Assembly (NCBI RefSeq): GCF_009914755.1
Contig: NC_060943.1
Strand: one strand, 5' to 3'
Origin: the human T2T-CHM13v2.0 reference genome, Homo sapiens
Length of the DNA stretch: 64,000 nt
The notes below the pieces were generated by a model. That model was not told where the DNA came from, made no database searches, and saw only the letters and a list, made by a program, of their open reading frames with translations. Positions 30,501 to 52,020 of the stretch are shown here, piece after piece. Within the stretch, counting starts at the first letter, position 1; each line of letters begins with the position of its first letter. A program made the position numbers and the translations under genes.

Positions 30501-33087
30501 TGATTCGGCTGCTTGGTTTCCCCAGGGAAGATGCTTTGTGACCCACAGGGGACCGACCAGCCTGAATCGGGGCTGATTTACAAAGGAAACACCCGTAGGA
30601 CATACTCAAAGGGAAAAATAGAAAAAAACCCACCACAATCCAGTTTTCACGGTTTGCCGGTACTCGCTCGGTGAAGTAACGTGGCAGGAAGGAAAAGTGG
30701 TGTTGACGGTAGTGATCAGAAATGTGAAATGAGGGGAGACCCCGGGTGGACTTTAAAACCAGCCTCAGAACTGCCCGGGAGGCGGGCAGAGCCTGGGCTC
30801 CCCCAGCTCCGTCAGTCTCTCTGGACTTGGGGACCCTGCCAGCTCTCGGTGGCCTGATCTTGGGCATAGGAGACCTTGAACCCCTTCTGAGTCCTCTTTT
30901 CTATTCTTTTTTTTTTTTTTTCTCCTGTAAGAAGCAAAAAAGCAATAGGACTTTGATTTGGGGATTAAATAAGTTTGCGTGGAGCAGGCTTGGCGTGCTG
31001 CCTGGCGCATGTAAACACTCGGTGTGTGGTTGCCATCACGATTCGCTTTTCCTCTCTGTGCCACCACGAGTCCTCATTTGCAGATCGGGGGCTCTAACGC
31101 CTCCCTTGGGGGATTCAAAGGGATCCCTAGGAAAAGCAGAGAGGCAAGTAAAGGTTAGCCACCTGCGGTTTCCTTATTCCTGTAGCTTTTTTTCTCTGCC
31201 TTTTTTCCACCTGGCTACTCTGGGACCTCTCCCCTGTAGTTGCTCCGCCTGGCCGCCCACCCCCCAGCCCCTGCAGGCAGTGGGGCTGTTGACACATCCC
31301 ACCATCCTGACTCCGGAACTACGGAGATCACAGGGCTTTATTATTAATTGGTGATGAGAAGAAGTAGGGATTTTTTTTTTTTTTTTTTTCCTGATGAGAA
31401 ACCCTGGGCTCAAGGGTGGATAGTTGTCTCGGCCAGAGTCACATGGGCCTTTTAAAAGCTCAAGCTTGTGTTTCTTTTCACTATGGATTCTCTTTACTCA
31501 GATAAGGCAGGAAGCCCACTGATCTACATATTTACCCAGAGAAAATGCAGAGAGTGGAGATTGGCGGCTGGTCAGGTGTGGTGCCCCGCCACCAGGGCCT
31601 CCCATCAGCTAAGCCAAATTAAGAGGCTTTATCCTTTTTTTCTCCCTGGACGGTCCATAGGCCTGAAAAGCTGCTGTGATCTTCCTGTCAAGCTGGTGAC
31701 TGAGACTTCCCATCACTCGCTGTCATCTCTGAGAGCACAGATTTGTTCCTTCTTCCTTCTCCTTTTCATTTTCTTCAAGATGTGGTCCCAAAACACGAAT
31801 ACCGCCAGCCCATATCCCTGTCTGCCACTCACCCAAGCCAGTCTGGAGTTCCTGATCTCATTCTCTTCCCGTTTCTGTCATCCTGTTGGTGTCCCTTTCT
31901 TGGTTTATTTTTCCAGGAAGGGCAAAAGAACAAAAAGGGGGAACAGGACACCTGCCTAGGGCATTGCTTCTCTTCTCCTGGTGGTGTTTCAGAATTGCCT
32001 GTCCCCGGGAAAAGGGTGAGGGACTTGGTGATTGTACTTTTCCTTGATCCCAGGAAAGAACTTCAGTCCCTTTTCTGGCTTCTGAGAGGAGAGATTTTTG
32101 TTGCTGCTGGTAAAGATGAGATGTGGAACCCCCAGGCCCTATCTCAATTCAGACTTACCCACCTGGGAAACTTGGAGGCTTCCAAACCTCTGCAGATAAA
32201 ACATAGTACATGAAATGATGTAAACAAAACTTGTGCTCATGGGACTGGAGAGTAAAGACTGGAAAAGTTATCAGTAAAACTTGACCTGAAGCTAAGTTTC
32301 TAGGGACGTCATCGTGATTGACGTGTTCGGTACTGATGGCTTAGTTGATGCCAGGCACTGTGCTGAGGATGGGCATAGTTGAAGTGAGTGACAGAGTCCT
32401 GGGGTGGGAGGCTGGGCGTGCCAAGAAATTCTTATAATTCAATATCCGATGAGGCACAATCACCTAGTGGTTGCGAATGAGGTACTGGAGTCGGTTGTGA
32501 ATGTACATGATGGGGATCGGATGAGGTCATGCATGTCGTGACGGGTCTCGTGCGTAACACATAGTAGGATCCCAGTCAGCGAGCATTAGTATTCTGTCCA
32601 CACAGTACTGAGTACAGGCACGGCGTGGAGGGAGTCCCTGGAGGGTTAAAGAGTATTTTGTGAGTAAAGTCAGGGGAAATGGAGAGTGTGCCTTTCCCTT
32701 TTTGAGTTCTTCTGGGCTTAGGAAGGAGATGAACCAGATAAGCCTACTGTTTGTTGAGTGCTTCCTTTTCATGGCTAGTAGAGTCCTCACAACAGCCTTC
32801 CAGGGTAAGTACTGTATTATTATTAGCCGCATGTTCCAGAGGAAGAAGCAAAAACTGAGCACCTAAGTAAACCTGCCTGGGACCACCCAGCTAAGAACTG
32901 GTGGCGTCAGTCGGTCTCCAGTGTAGAGCGAGATAACAGATGAGTGGATGGGCCACAGGTCCTGGGTGGTGAGGGCGGCAGCAGCTTTTTGATCTTAAAA
33001 ATACAGTTTCCTTGTCACCTGAGAGCTCTCTGAAAGCAGTGTGTGAGCTGACTTTTTGGATCAACTTTACTTTTCCCTTCTTTTTAG

Positions 33088-33172
33088 GCAATTGAAGATG
33101 AAGGTGGTAATCCTGACGAAATTGAAATTACCTCCGAGGGAAACAAGAAAACATCAAAGAGGTCTAGCAAAG
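33088..33172 (+). CDS. SAFB: SAFB exon 2
   Basis: tag|AIEDEGGNPDEIEITSEGNKKTSKRSSK G|gtatgg. Confidence 0.94.
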
Positions 33173-33446
33173 GTATGGAGGATTTCATAAGCAAGTTTCA
33201 TGTTAAGTGCTTTCTTCAAAACGAATACATTGCTAATGTGCCTCGTTTACTTGTCTGTGTGTTGGACTTGTGAACCACTCTGAACTGGGAGCCTTCAGCG
33301 AAGCTTTGCATTTTCTTTCAAGATCTCTCTACTGTGTTTTGTTTTCTTGGTATCTGGGAATTCCAATGGAGGATGGAAGGAGTATTTGTCCTTTATTCAT
33401 TTTCCTCTGTAGATTGTCAGCGGTCCTTAAATAAGGAGTCTTTTGG

Positions 33447-34125
33447 GAGTCAGTCACAGTGGCGTGTGCCTGTAATTCCAGGCGACTCGGGGCTGTGGTA
33501 GGAGGATCACATGAGCCTGGGAGTTCAAGACCAGCCTGGGCAACATAGCAAAACCCAGCTCTACAAAAAAACTTTTAAAGGCCCGGTGTGGTGGCATGCA
33601 TCTGTGGTCCCAGCTGCTTGGGAGGCTGAACCGGAAGGATTACTTGACCCCAGGAGGTTGAGATCAGCTTGGGCAACATAGGGAGACCCCCATCCCCACC
33701 AAAAAGAAATTAGCCAGGCATGATGGCATGCACCTGTGATCCCAGCTACTTGGGAGTTTTAGGAGGGGGATCACTTGAGCCCAGGAGCTCAAGCCTGCAA
33801 TGACCTAATGATTGCACCACTGCACTCCAGCCTGGGTGACAGAGCAAGACCCAGTCTCTCTTAAAAAAAAGGGGGGTGGGGGCGGGGCACAGTGTCTCTC
33901 ACCTGTAATCCCAACACTTTGGGAACCCAAGGCAGGAGAATGGTTTCAGTCTAGGAGTTTGAGACCAGCCTGGGCTGCCTCTATCCACTGCCAAAAAAAA
34001 AAAGTACCTAGGCGTCGAGGCACGCCTGTTTTCCTAGCTACTTGGGAGGCTAAGGCGGGAGGATCATTTGAACCCAGGAGTTCAGGGTTGCACTGAGCTA
34101 TCATGGCACCACTGAACTCCAACAT
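33447..34125 (+). mobile_element. Cluster of old Alu monomers/dimers (AluJ/FLAM-like)
   Basis: Successive degenerate Alu motifs. Confidence 0.8.
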
Positions 34126-34152
34126 GGAGTCCAAAAAGTAGGACTGCCTGAG

Positions 34153-34295
34153 CCTCCTATTGCTTGGACTTGGAGAAAATAACATCCCTTATAAACAGCA
34201 CTTGGCAAAAACAGAATTGTCACTTTAACATTTCTTTTAAAAGCAGCTTATACAGTAAAAGTCACATTCCACATGACATGACTCTCACCATCTTA
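34153..34295 (+). repeat. 143-bp local direct duplication, copy 1 (copy 2 at 38279-38421)
   Basis: cctcctattgcttggacttggagaaaat...ctctcaccatctta; 8 substitutions counted, no indels. Confidence 0.9.
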
Positions 34296-34651
34296 CCGAA
34301 ATCTCTCTTGCCCATCCCCCACACCCTGTGCTTTAGTCAGGCCCCAAACACGTGATTTACTCTCCTGGTTCTCTGTGACTTCGCTCCGCCCACCCTTCCC
34401 CATCTGTCTGCCTTAGAGACCTAGTTCCTCAAAAGACAACTGATCCATCCCACCAATAGCAACTCGTCTCCTTGGGTCCTCTGTCCTCCCGTGGCATAGT
34501 TCCTTACCCCTTGGTTTAATATTTATGTCATCTTGCCTTCTGTCAAGAGCAGATTGATGAGGACTAGGGCTGTGTCTTGTTTATCTTTCTTTCCCCTTCA
34601 ATGGTTTAACTTGGTAACACTCAACTATTGGCTTAAGAAAGAATCAGCTGA

Positions 34652-34945
<294 letters not shown>

Positions 34946-34989
34946 TCAGCTGAAGCTGGGCTTGTAGACCGAATGTTCTCTTGGTTCAT

Positions 34990-35277
34990 GTAGAGTTTTC
35001 CCTATCTGAAATGCTTGGGACCAGAAGGGTTTCATTTTTTGGATTTTGTGCGGTATTTTCGTACGCATAATGAGATAATCTTGGGATTGGGGCCCAAATC
35101 TAAACAAGAAATTTGTTTCTTATACACCTGAAGATAATTTAATACCATATTTTTTATAATTTTGTGCATGAAACAAAACTTTCACTAATTCCACACATCA
35201 GGTGTGGAATTTTCTACTTGTGGCAATATGTCAGTGCTCAGAAGGTTTCAGTTTCAGATAGGGTTGCCCAACCTGTA
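34990..35277. mobile_element. MER46/Tigger4-like DNA transposon relic
   Basis: ccctatctgaaatgcttgggaccagaag ... tttcagatagggttgcccaacctgta: terminal inverted repeats and TA end. Confidence 0.7.
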
Positions 35278-36458
35278 ATTGAAGGCCTGGTTCTCAGGGC
35301 CCAAAACTAAATGAGATAATAACTAATACTTGGTGGTGAAGTACTGGGTTTAAATATCTGAGAGTCAGGCCCCAGTGTCAGCCACAGTGTTTGGGGTAAG
35401 TGCTGGGAGAACAGCAGAATGAAGTCACTTCTGTGGCTCATGATACATTGCGTGTTTTTGCCTTTACTCAAGTATACTTCTGCCAAGGCAAAGAGTCCTG
35501 GAAAATCAATGGAGAAAGAAATAATAAAAGCAAAAAACAGAGCCTGTGGATCTCCTTTTTTGTTTTCCTTTTTCTTCTGATAAAAGCAAATACTTGTACT
35601 ACAGGCTTTTGTTGCTGTTTTTGTTTTGTTTTTGAGGTGGGTTCTCACTCTGTCACTCAGATGGAGGGTAGTCGCGCAGTCATAGTTCGCTGCAGCCTTG
35701 AACTCCTGGCCTCAAGCAGTGCTTTCACCTCAGCCCCACAAAACGTTTAGATTTCAGTTGTGAGCCACTGCGCCCGGCAGGTTTTAAAATACGTGCATGG
35801 GAGTAAAAAGCAGAAGTTGTTCACAGTCGGGACAGCCCACTACTAAAAGTTAGGCATACTTCTCCAGACTGTGTGTGTATGTACAATGTTTAAAAGTAAA
35901 CTTAGGCCTGGGTTACAGAGCAAGACCCTGTGTCTAGAAAAACAAAAAGTTAAATAAAAGTCAATGAGCTGGGCATGGTGGCACACACCTGTAGTCCCAG
36001 CTACTAGGGAGGCCAAGGTAGGAGGATTGCTTAAGCCCAAGAGGTCAAGGCTGCGGTGAGCCATGAGTGTGCTTCTACACTCCAGCTTGGGCACAGAGTG
36101 AGAGGGGGAAAAAAGTAAATATATAGGTATGTGCACACACCTGTATGCATATTTTTTTCATTAAAAAAACCCGTGATCTTGCTATACAAAATCTCACTGT
36201 TTTTTAACAGGCTAATAATCTTCTGTATGAATAAATACACAATTTAGCCCATCAGTCTTTTTATTACTAGACGTTTGGAGATTTTTATTTCCAATTATCA
36301 CTCGGTACTTCCAACATTCAGTGTTTGCACGAACCAGAGATAAATACCTTTGTGTGGTCAAAGTAATATAATTTTTGATAACTTAGTGAAAGGAGAATTC
36401 TAGACTCCAAGGATATGGCCCTTTATTTTCACATAGCTAGTTTACAAATAGCTGTCCC

Positions 36459-38745
<2,287 letters not shown>

Positions 38746-38899
38746 ATTACCAGGAAACTAAATTTATTTGTAGTGTCATCACAAAGTACAAATTAATAGG
38801 ATGTTTTATGGTGTTTGAGAATGTTTTGTAACTGGAGATGCAAAGTTGGCCTGTTTGCTTGGTTAAGTATTACCCAATCCTTTGCTGCTGGCTTGTTTT

Positions 38900-40170
38900 G
38901 TTCAGTTTTTGTTCATTTTGGCAATTTCATACTTAAGTTGCAAGAATAATGCAAGGAATTCCCATATACCCTTTACCCAGAGTCCCCAAATATTGCCATC
39001 TGACTACATTTGCCTTGTCCTTTTCTCTCCTTGTATGTATGTTTTTACTAGACCGCATGGTAAGTTGCAAGGCGCATATGCCCCTTTGCCCTACGTACTG
39101 CAGTAAAGTAAGGATATTACCTAACTGTAGATGTCCAGATCAGGAAATTAACATTGATACAATACTGCCACCTCGTCTTAGTCCTCATTTAGATTCAGTA
39201 GTTTGTTCCAATAATATTCTCTATAACTCAGACAAAAAATGTCCAGAGTCATGCATTGCATCAGGTTGTCATGTTTCCTTAGTTTTCTTTAATCTTGAAC
39301 ACTTACACTTATTTTGTAGTTTATTTTTCTATTTGAATTGTTTTGGGTTCTCCCCGCCCCATAATAAGGATCAAGTTATACGCTTGTCAGAAATACACCA
39401 GACATGTTGTATTCCTGTTTTTTGTTTTGTTTTGGTTTGAAACCGGGTCTTGCCCTGTTACCCAGGCCAGAGTGCAATGGTGCAATTGTAGGTCACTGCA
39501 ACCCTGAATTGCTGTGCTCAAGCGATCCTCCCACCTTGGCCTCCCAAAGAGTTGGGATTACAGACATGAGCCACCACGCCCAGCCTATATTGTCATCAGA
39601 GTATACTATCCAGAGGCACATGCTGTCAGTTTGAGCCATTATTGGCCATGTTAGCTGACTTCAAATGCTATTGGCCAGGTTTCTCCACTGGAAAGTTACT
39701 GTCTTCCTTTTCACAGTTACATTTGTGGGGAAGATACTCTGAGACTTTGTAAATATCCTGCTCATCGTCCATTAGTTTTAGCAACCACCAGTTCCTGTCT
39801 ATTCATTTATTCTGGTAGTTGCCAAATGGTGATTTTTTAATTTTGTTATTGTTTGTTTATTACTTGGTTTACTGACATAAGGAATAGCTTGCCCTTTGCC
39901 CTCATTTATCTGTGTGAACTTAGATTATTTTATTCCATAGGTTGAAAGCCTTTATGCTTATTTACTACAATGTGCAAAACGTTCCATTGGGAACCCTGTC
40001 AGACAGGCTCCCCTGTCATTTCCACATGTTCATGCCATTCTTGGGATACTTTTTTACCTTCTGGAATGGCAGGGTACGTGAGTCTCATCTTATGCTTTTC
40101 CTGCCCTTTCCCCGGAATCAGCCATTTCTTCCAGGTGCCCTGGGCCCTTTTGAGGAGAGCTATTAGAAAC
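38900..40170 (-). mobile_element. Old L1 (L1MC/ME-like) 3' region, antisense, with an Alu fragment at ~39420-39585
   Basis: ttcccatataccctttacccag, aaattaacattgatacaatact, ggaatcagccatttcttccagg motifs. Confidence 0.6.
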
Positions 40171-40180
40171 CAGGGTCTGC

Positions 40181-40526
<346 letters not shown>

Positions 40527-40843
40527 TCAACTCCTGGGCCAGTACTTGGTTTGTGAGAGCTACTGGGCTGATTGTACCTCAGGAAATTAAGTACTGTTAA
40601 AGCAATCCGAAGCAAGCCAAAGACAGCTTAAGAAAGGTGACAAAGCCCTCATGAACAGTTTGGCAAACTTGCTAGCTGGTTAAAATTGTTAATCACTTCT
40701 CCAGGATTTTTTAGGTGACAGTTATATCATTAGTGAATCAAAGAATTAAGCATGTTGCCAGATTGACATTGAAATGTACATAACATTCTTAAATAGTAAA
40801 TAGAATTAACAGGAAATTTTCAAGTCCTGCGAAATCACTAATT

Positions 40844-40921
40844 AGAGAAAAATTTCCTAGATGTGATGACTTTTTAGCAGAGAAAATTTTCCTAGATATG
40901 ATGACTTTTTATCAGAAAATT
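40844..40921 (+). repeat. 35-bp tandem duplication (~2.2 copies)
   Basis: agagaaaaatttcctagatgtgatgacttttttagc / agagaaaattttcctagatatgatgactttttatc. Confidence 0.85.
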
Positions 40922-41539
40922 GTCACTTTTCTCCACAGTAACCTAAAAGGAAATTTTATAATGTGTTCCATAATAGTCTAAAAAGAAAATGCACAAGAAT
41001 AACTAAAATTCTGGGCGGGGGGGAATACAGGGATTTCCTCTAATTTTGATGATAGGATATTGCAAACAACAGAAAGTTTGAGGGTTTGTTCATTTGATGG
41101 TGGGGGAAAGCTCTAATCTTATCTCTTCTTGTGTAAAATAGAAATTCCAGCTAGTTTAATACTTTTTATAATATAGTAATAAGAAAGACCTGAAGTAAGA
41201 ATAAAACTGAGAAACAACAAAGAAAGAGAAATTTGGCTACATAAAAGTTTTAACTCTCTGTTAAGAAAGGTATGCAACAGTCTGGGAGAAAATATTATAG
41301 CACAGAATAAGGAAGAAACTCATATCCAGAAAGCATTGAATGTTCTGACAAATCAGTAAGGAAAACAGGCAACCCAGTCAACAAGGAGCAGAGACTATGA
41401 ACAGGCAATTTACAAATAAATGAAAAAGCAGATGTGGCCTAGAGACCAAAAGATTCCCTTGCTGGTAGTTGCAGAATAGCAAATTTTGAAATGACATAAG
41501 ATTTTTGCCTATCAAACTGGTAAAAATTTACACAGTTCC

Positions 41540-41830
<291 letters not shown>

Positions 41831-43293
41831 TTTTTTTTACACAGTTCCTGTTCTCCTACATTGGCAAGGGTATTGGGGAAGGTGTAGGTGTTGGAGACAA
41901 TAAATTGCTACAGCCTTTTTGAGAAGGCAGCTAACGTGGGGAACTGCCGTAGCATGGAGTCAAAGATGGAGGTGGATCAATACGCAGTACATAAAAATGT
42001 CCAAGGCCTGTTAGTAGTTTCTGTAACTTGTGTCATTGCTCACTAACAATAAGATTTCATCTCATCACAAGCTTATTTCCATATGTATCATATAATGTAT
42101 GTAGATGCAAGATGATGTCCTGAGGCACCACCAAGCTGGGAACGTTGGTAACCTCTTAAGAGGACAGTAGGGAAAAGGGAAGGTATTATAGCTTTATACT
42201 TCCTATACTTAGGAGGATGAATCTTCTGTTACTGCAGTAAAGTTTAATACGTATATTTGCATAATTAGGGAAGTGTGTTTGTGTAATCAAATCAGAAAGT
42301 AATGAACCACCCACATGCAGCCCTGGGTACTATGGGAGCATCCCAGCAGAAGTCCAGGGCAGCAGAGTCAGCAGTGAGATTGGACAGTCTCTGAGGCAGA
42401 AGCTTAACAGAAGGCAAGAGATGGAATCCCAGGCAGGGAGCTACGAGCAGGCGATAGAGGCGATGACGGTCATGCCCATAGCTGAGACCACAAACTAGGG
42501 TGAAGAGCTGAGGTAGAAGGATTCAAGGGGCACATTGGCCTTGATACTAAAGACAAATCAATGGCTCTTCAGTTTTTGCCAGAGAGTTATACTTTTCCCA
42601 TTTGCATTCATTTTTGGTTTTTTTAGACGTTTTTCTTCTCTGGAGAATACTGTCTTTCCTCAAGTCGTGATGATTAATAAACATTCCAGTCAGGGATGTG
42701 CTTTATACGTTGAAGATTAAACATTTTGAAGATTGCATGTTCTCTCGACATTTCCAGTCACATTTTACCTCGGGGGAGCTTTCCCCTGAGAAGGATTTGG
42801 CTGCAGTGTACCTGTACATACTGCTTGGGAGAAAAGTGGTCATAGAAGTGGAAAACCCTGATTCTGTTTGATGAAAATCTAGTACCCCTCCTGAGGAAGA
42901 GAGAACACCGTATGGAGGGCAGCAAGTTTCTGATAAGTTAGTAGATTTTTCCTATTATCTGGAATAGGATTGGACAGAAACCAACGTACGTATCATAGAA
43001 TTGTAGCAACTTTATCAAATGTAATCATTCTGTGGCAATGCTCTGGTATCTCTTCCCAGCATGTTTACAGAGACCACTGGGTTGAGTTCCAGCTGTTTTT
43101 TAGACCTCGAGGCATGTTTTGCCAAAGAAATAATGGTATAAAATGGGGATGGATTTCCCAGCCAACTGACCAAAATATCATGTATTGAATTCTGTTATCA
43201 GTTTGATAGTCCCCTATCTTTGTAAATAAGGTAATTCTAAAAATATGAATGAAATTAGAATATTTAAACGTCAATTACAGTACAAATAATTAG

Positions 43294-44360
<1,067 letters not shown>

Positions 44361-44999
44361 GACTATTCTTCACACTGGGAAAGAGGCCTGGCAGGAAGTA
44401 GTTTTCCCAAAGTTGTGTGTTTGATCAGCTTTTCTCCCATGTTCTTCAAAAAGCTGAGCACCGCCTTCTATAAGGAATGCTAGGAAGCTGTGCTGGCAGT
44501 AGCTCTAAAACATGAAATGATGCTACATTATGCCTTGCCTTTGAGATGTGGTCTTCCAGAGTCTATTTCATGGATTTCATGCATGTGATTTTATTCTTCA
44601 CATGGAAGACAGTCAAAGAGTTTAATTTGAGCATGCCTATTCCTGACACCAGAAATTTCATTTTTGCCATGCCTAATGACTTCCATTTTTGCTTCAGTTC
44701 TGTTATTTCTGGTATCATCGTTTACATTTTTCTATTCTCTACTCATTTTATCATTTGTATGAAAAAGCAAATGACTATATAAATACTGCTGTTTGGATGA
44801 AGGTGCCAGCATGCCTGCCCTTGTGAACTGTTGCAAATGTTATAAATCATCAATTAGTAAGAAAAATTGGGAGGTTGCACAAGGGGAGTTGGGGAAATGA
44901 CTTCCCTGTTCTTAGCATTGTTGGCTGACAGGAGAAGTATGAACCTAAGAAGGTATGCAGCCTCTTGATGTTTTTCACATTTTTTAAAATTACTAAACT

Positions 45000-47853
<2,854 letters not shown>

Positions 47854-48276
47854 TTCTTTTTTCTTTTTAAGCATTAAAAATGTGCATACTCGGGCATGCG
47901 CAGTTTCTGTGGGAAAACATGTTCCTTAACTAAAAGGCAGCACATTTGCAACAAATAATTTTTCCCTCAAACAAGGACACTTGGGATAGGAAGAAGGGCA
48001 GAGCTGAGGACAGGTCTGATCCTGTTCAACTTTACTAAGAACCTGTTTTCTGCACTTCTACTTCCACAGCTCAGACAAGAACAGAACCTCTTCTGCTTGG
48101 GGGTGGGGCAGGGCTGTCTTGTGCGGAATGGCCTCATTCCTGGATTAGGAAGTGTTCCTAAGTAGTGAGGTGTCTCAGATGTTTATAAAGTGACCACTTG
48201 TGTAGTGCTCAGGGCATTGTTGCTTCTGTAAAGTGCGTATCATTTGATCTCATGCTGTAAATGATTCTGTCTTCAG

Positions 48277-48341
48277 GGCGCAAACCAGAAGAAGAGGGTG
48301 TGGAAGATAACGGGCTGGAGGAAAACTCTGGGGATGGACAG
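48277..48341 (+). CDS. SAFB: SAFB exon 3
   Basis: cag|GG CGC.. RKPEEEGVEDNGLEENSGDGQ|gtatgt. Confidence 0.93.
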
Positions 48342-48422
48342 GTATGTGCAGCCTTGCGAGTGAGTAGCGTGGTGGATGGACCAGTGGCGGTCACATGATG
48401 GTTCGGTCTGGTTGTGTCACAG

Positions 48423-48629
48423 GAGGATGTTGAGACCAGTCTGGAGAACTTGCAGGACATCGACATCATGGATATCAGTGTGTTGGATGAAGCAGAAATT
48501 GATAATGGAAGCGTTGCAGATTGTGTCGAAGACGATGATGCTGATAACCTCCAGGAGTCCCTGTCGGATAGTAGAGAGCTAGTCGAGGGGGAAATGAAAG
48601 AGCTTCCGGAGCAGCTTCAGGAACATGCT
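48423..48629 (+). CDS. SAFB: SAFB exon 4
   Basis: cag|EDVETSLENLQDIDIMDISVLDEAE...LQEHA|gtaggt. Confidence 0.92.
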
Positions 48630-49332
48630 GTAGGTAACCGGCAATGTCTCTAGAATGTGCCCTGAATGTATCAGTTCCACAATTAAAATAGGTGATCAGT
48701 TTCATATTGGGAAGTAAGTTGTTCTGTAATGCCAGTTCAGTAGAATAAGGGTCAGTTGGTTCAGATGATTCTGAACCAATTTGTTTTGTTGAAAGGTGAT
48801 GTCTTATAACATTTCATATGTACTTGCTATCCATTTGCGGCATACAGTATGAGACATTTTGAGGACAACCATTCAGACTCTTCCTGTTGCCGGACTTGAT
48901 CTGTGGTGTTATGGCCTAGGTACCTTGAAAGCATTGAACTAGGAAGAGGTTAGAAGTTGGTGTTTTCCTGTTAAGAAGCAATTGTTGAGCTGGGTGCCTT
49001 GATGCACTCATGTAATCCGGTAACTCAGAAAGCTGAGGTGGAAGGAGCAGCCCAGGAGTTCAAGGCTGTACTAAGCTATGATTGTGCAATTGAAGTCCAG
49101 CCTGGGTGGCAGAGTCTGACAGAACCCTATCTCTTGTTTAAAACAAACAAACAAAAAAAAAAACACAGCCAGTTGATACCTATCTTAAGAGTTAACCTCA
49201 AGTATTAACCTGGATGTTGTTTTTAAACCTAAATTTTTTTCCTGTTAGAAACATATCAAATGGATAGTAAGATTATAGTGGGTAGTATTTCCTGAATACT
49301 ACCTACCAGGCATTGGCATTATGCCCTTCCTT

Positions 49333-49649
49333 TCTTTTTTTTTTTTTTTTTTTTTTTTTTTCTGAGACAGAGTTTTGCTGTTGTTGCCCAGGCTGGAGTG
49401 CAGTGGCGCGATCTCAGCTCACTGCAACCTCTGCCCCCTGGGTTCAAGTGATCTCCTCCCTCAGCCTCCCAAGTGAGTAGCTGGGATTATAGGCGCCCAC
49501 CACCAAGCCCGACTAATTTTCTTGTATCTTTAGTAGAGACGGTTTTCACCATGTTGGCCAGGCTGGTTTTGAACTCTTGACCTCAGGTGATCCGCCTGCC
49601 TCAGACTCCCAAAGTGCTGAGATTACAGGTGTGAGCCACCGCGCCCAGC
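49333..49649 (-). mobile_element. Alu (AluSx-like)
   Basis: Poly-T then antisense dimer. Confidence 0.92.
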
Positions 49650-50381
49650 ATGTGCCCTTTAATTCTTCTAATAGCAACATGAGGTGCTGTTGTCCCCATT
49701 TTCAGTTGAGGAAATTGGGAAGGCAAGAACTAAAAAACATCTCCAGATGACACACAGCTCATAACAGAATAAGAACTAAGATCAGGCTAATTCCAGAGGC
49801 CATGTACTTAACTTATGTACGATGTTGTCTTGGTGCCATTAATTTGATATTAATTTCATTTACCTGATGATTAATGTTTGTCAGACAGAAAAAGTGATGC
49901 ATATGAGAAGCTGTGGGGCCCTTTCTGTGTTGGCTCGTGGGGGGCCCTGTTCTTGTCCTGGTCCTTAGGTCTTCCGCAGTGAGTGCTTCTCAAGCAGTCT
50001 TGGTGGACAGAAACCTTGTTGTATGCCAGTCAATCCGCTTCTGCATTTCTTCAGAATATTTTTGCATTTCCTCTTGGAACTGATTCCAAGTATCCTTAGA
50101 GGTAGCAGATTGTCATATTTGAATGGAGGATTTGAGTCTGAGAAGTGGCTGAGAGTTATTCTGATACAAATAGGGTGTGCAATTTTTGGTGAGTCCCATT
50201 CATCAGCTTCTAAAAAGGAGTAGCAGAAACACTTGCACAGCAGCAGGAGTTACTTACCCTTCCTGAATGGCTGCATCTTCTTAAGGCTGTTTTTTTCCCT
50301 CCTAAGCAGAAAATCATACATTCTGCAACAAAAGCTGGAAACATCCTAAATGCCTGGAAGCAGTTTAGTTTTAAGGGTTGA

Positions 50382-50629
<248 letters not shown>

Positions 50630-52020
50630 TCACTTGCAAGAGGTTTTCGGAAGATTCAATGGATGGATGTTTATTATACACTTAAAGCAGAAGTCATCAA
50701 GTTGGCTGTCACCTGGGTTGTTTTTGTTTTGTTTTGTTTTTGTTTTGGGGTTTTTTTGTTTTTGCTTTGTTTTGCTTTTTTTCAAGACAGGGTCTCATGG
50801 TGTAAATGAAGTTTTCTGAGAACACAACCACACCTATTGATACTGTTGTCTATGGCTGCTTTTGTGCTTTAGTGTCAGAGAGGAGTCCTGACTCATCTGT
50901 TCTACAATTCCTGAAGAATTTACTAGGCAGCTCCAACAAAGTGTTTCCCAGCCTAGTTCAATGCCTAGCATCTAGAAAGCACCGTAGAGTTATGAAATGT
51001 ACCACCACGAATACAGTTTTTACTGCAGTGTAACCATCAAAATGAACTAAGCACATCTGTGTGAACTCAAACAATCTCCAAAAGAGAAGTGACACTTGGG
51101 GAGGGTTCAGAATGATGTGCTGCCCCTGGTGCAGATGTCTAAGGGGAGATGGTCTTTGGCACTTAAACACGTGTGTAGCATATGCGATGACCACTGCATG
51201 GCAGGAAGAAAGGAGTAGTGGAGAGTGGTTTTCAGTGAATGGGCTTTTGTACCTTTTGAGTCTTCTGATCGTGTGCGTGTCTTTCCTAGTGAAATATAGT
51301 GATAAAAATACATGCTGGTTATAAAATATCTGAAAACGTCTCCCCCTAAGTATATCTCAAATTTCAGGGCTTTAGAGCAGATGGCCAAAATTGGTTTCAG
51401 TCACAAATTATCTGAACCCCCTTTCTTTGTTTGGGGAATCCTTTGCCTTATTGGGCAGAGCCTACTTCTTAGAATAAAAGCTATTCTTCCCCTGCAAGTA
51501 GGGCATAGGATATTGCCAGTCTCGAGCTCCTGTCCTCACCCTCATGCTGGGAGATGCTGTTCCATTGAGGGAGGTACCTACCCCAGGGGCAGCAGGTCCC
51601 ACATCCTCAGCATCCAGGCTGGGCGAGCAGCGGTGGCTGAAGGCTCCACTTCAGCAGGACTCTAGCCATTGCTCCTGGAAGAACAGCCCTCACCCTGTGC
51701 TCAGATCCACTTAGAGGCTGTGCACTCATTTTCATCTCTTTTCTGTTTGACTTAGACTTTTTTTCTTTCTTTTGCATCTTAAAACCTACATAGCTACCAT
51801 ATTAGTAGATTTCCTAGTCTATGTGCAGGTGGACATTTACATACAACTTTTTTTTCAGTTTAGCTGCAATTATACTATAATAGTGTTTTGATTTCTGCCC
51901 TGGGTTTAAAATTTTGTTGTGAATTATTTTCATAGCTGTTCACTTTTCATTGTACAGATGTACCATTATGTTACGTTATTGTTGGTGTGATGAACTGTAT
52001 TTTCTCCATTTATTTTACAG

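Noticed and set aside
28828-31354. Many 100-200 aa ORFs around the promoter
   Set aside because: Expected in a CpG island with few stop codons; low complexity and no recognisable domain apart from the two real first exons.
40844-40921. Box C/D snoRNA (RTGATGA twice)
   Set aside because: The motif recurs because of a tandem duplication; there is no properly placed CTGA or terminal stem.
42660-42795. Box C (GTGATGA) ... CTGA candidate snoRNA
   Set aside because: No terminal stem and no recognisable rRNA/snRNA antisense element.
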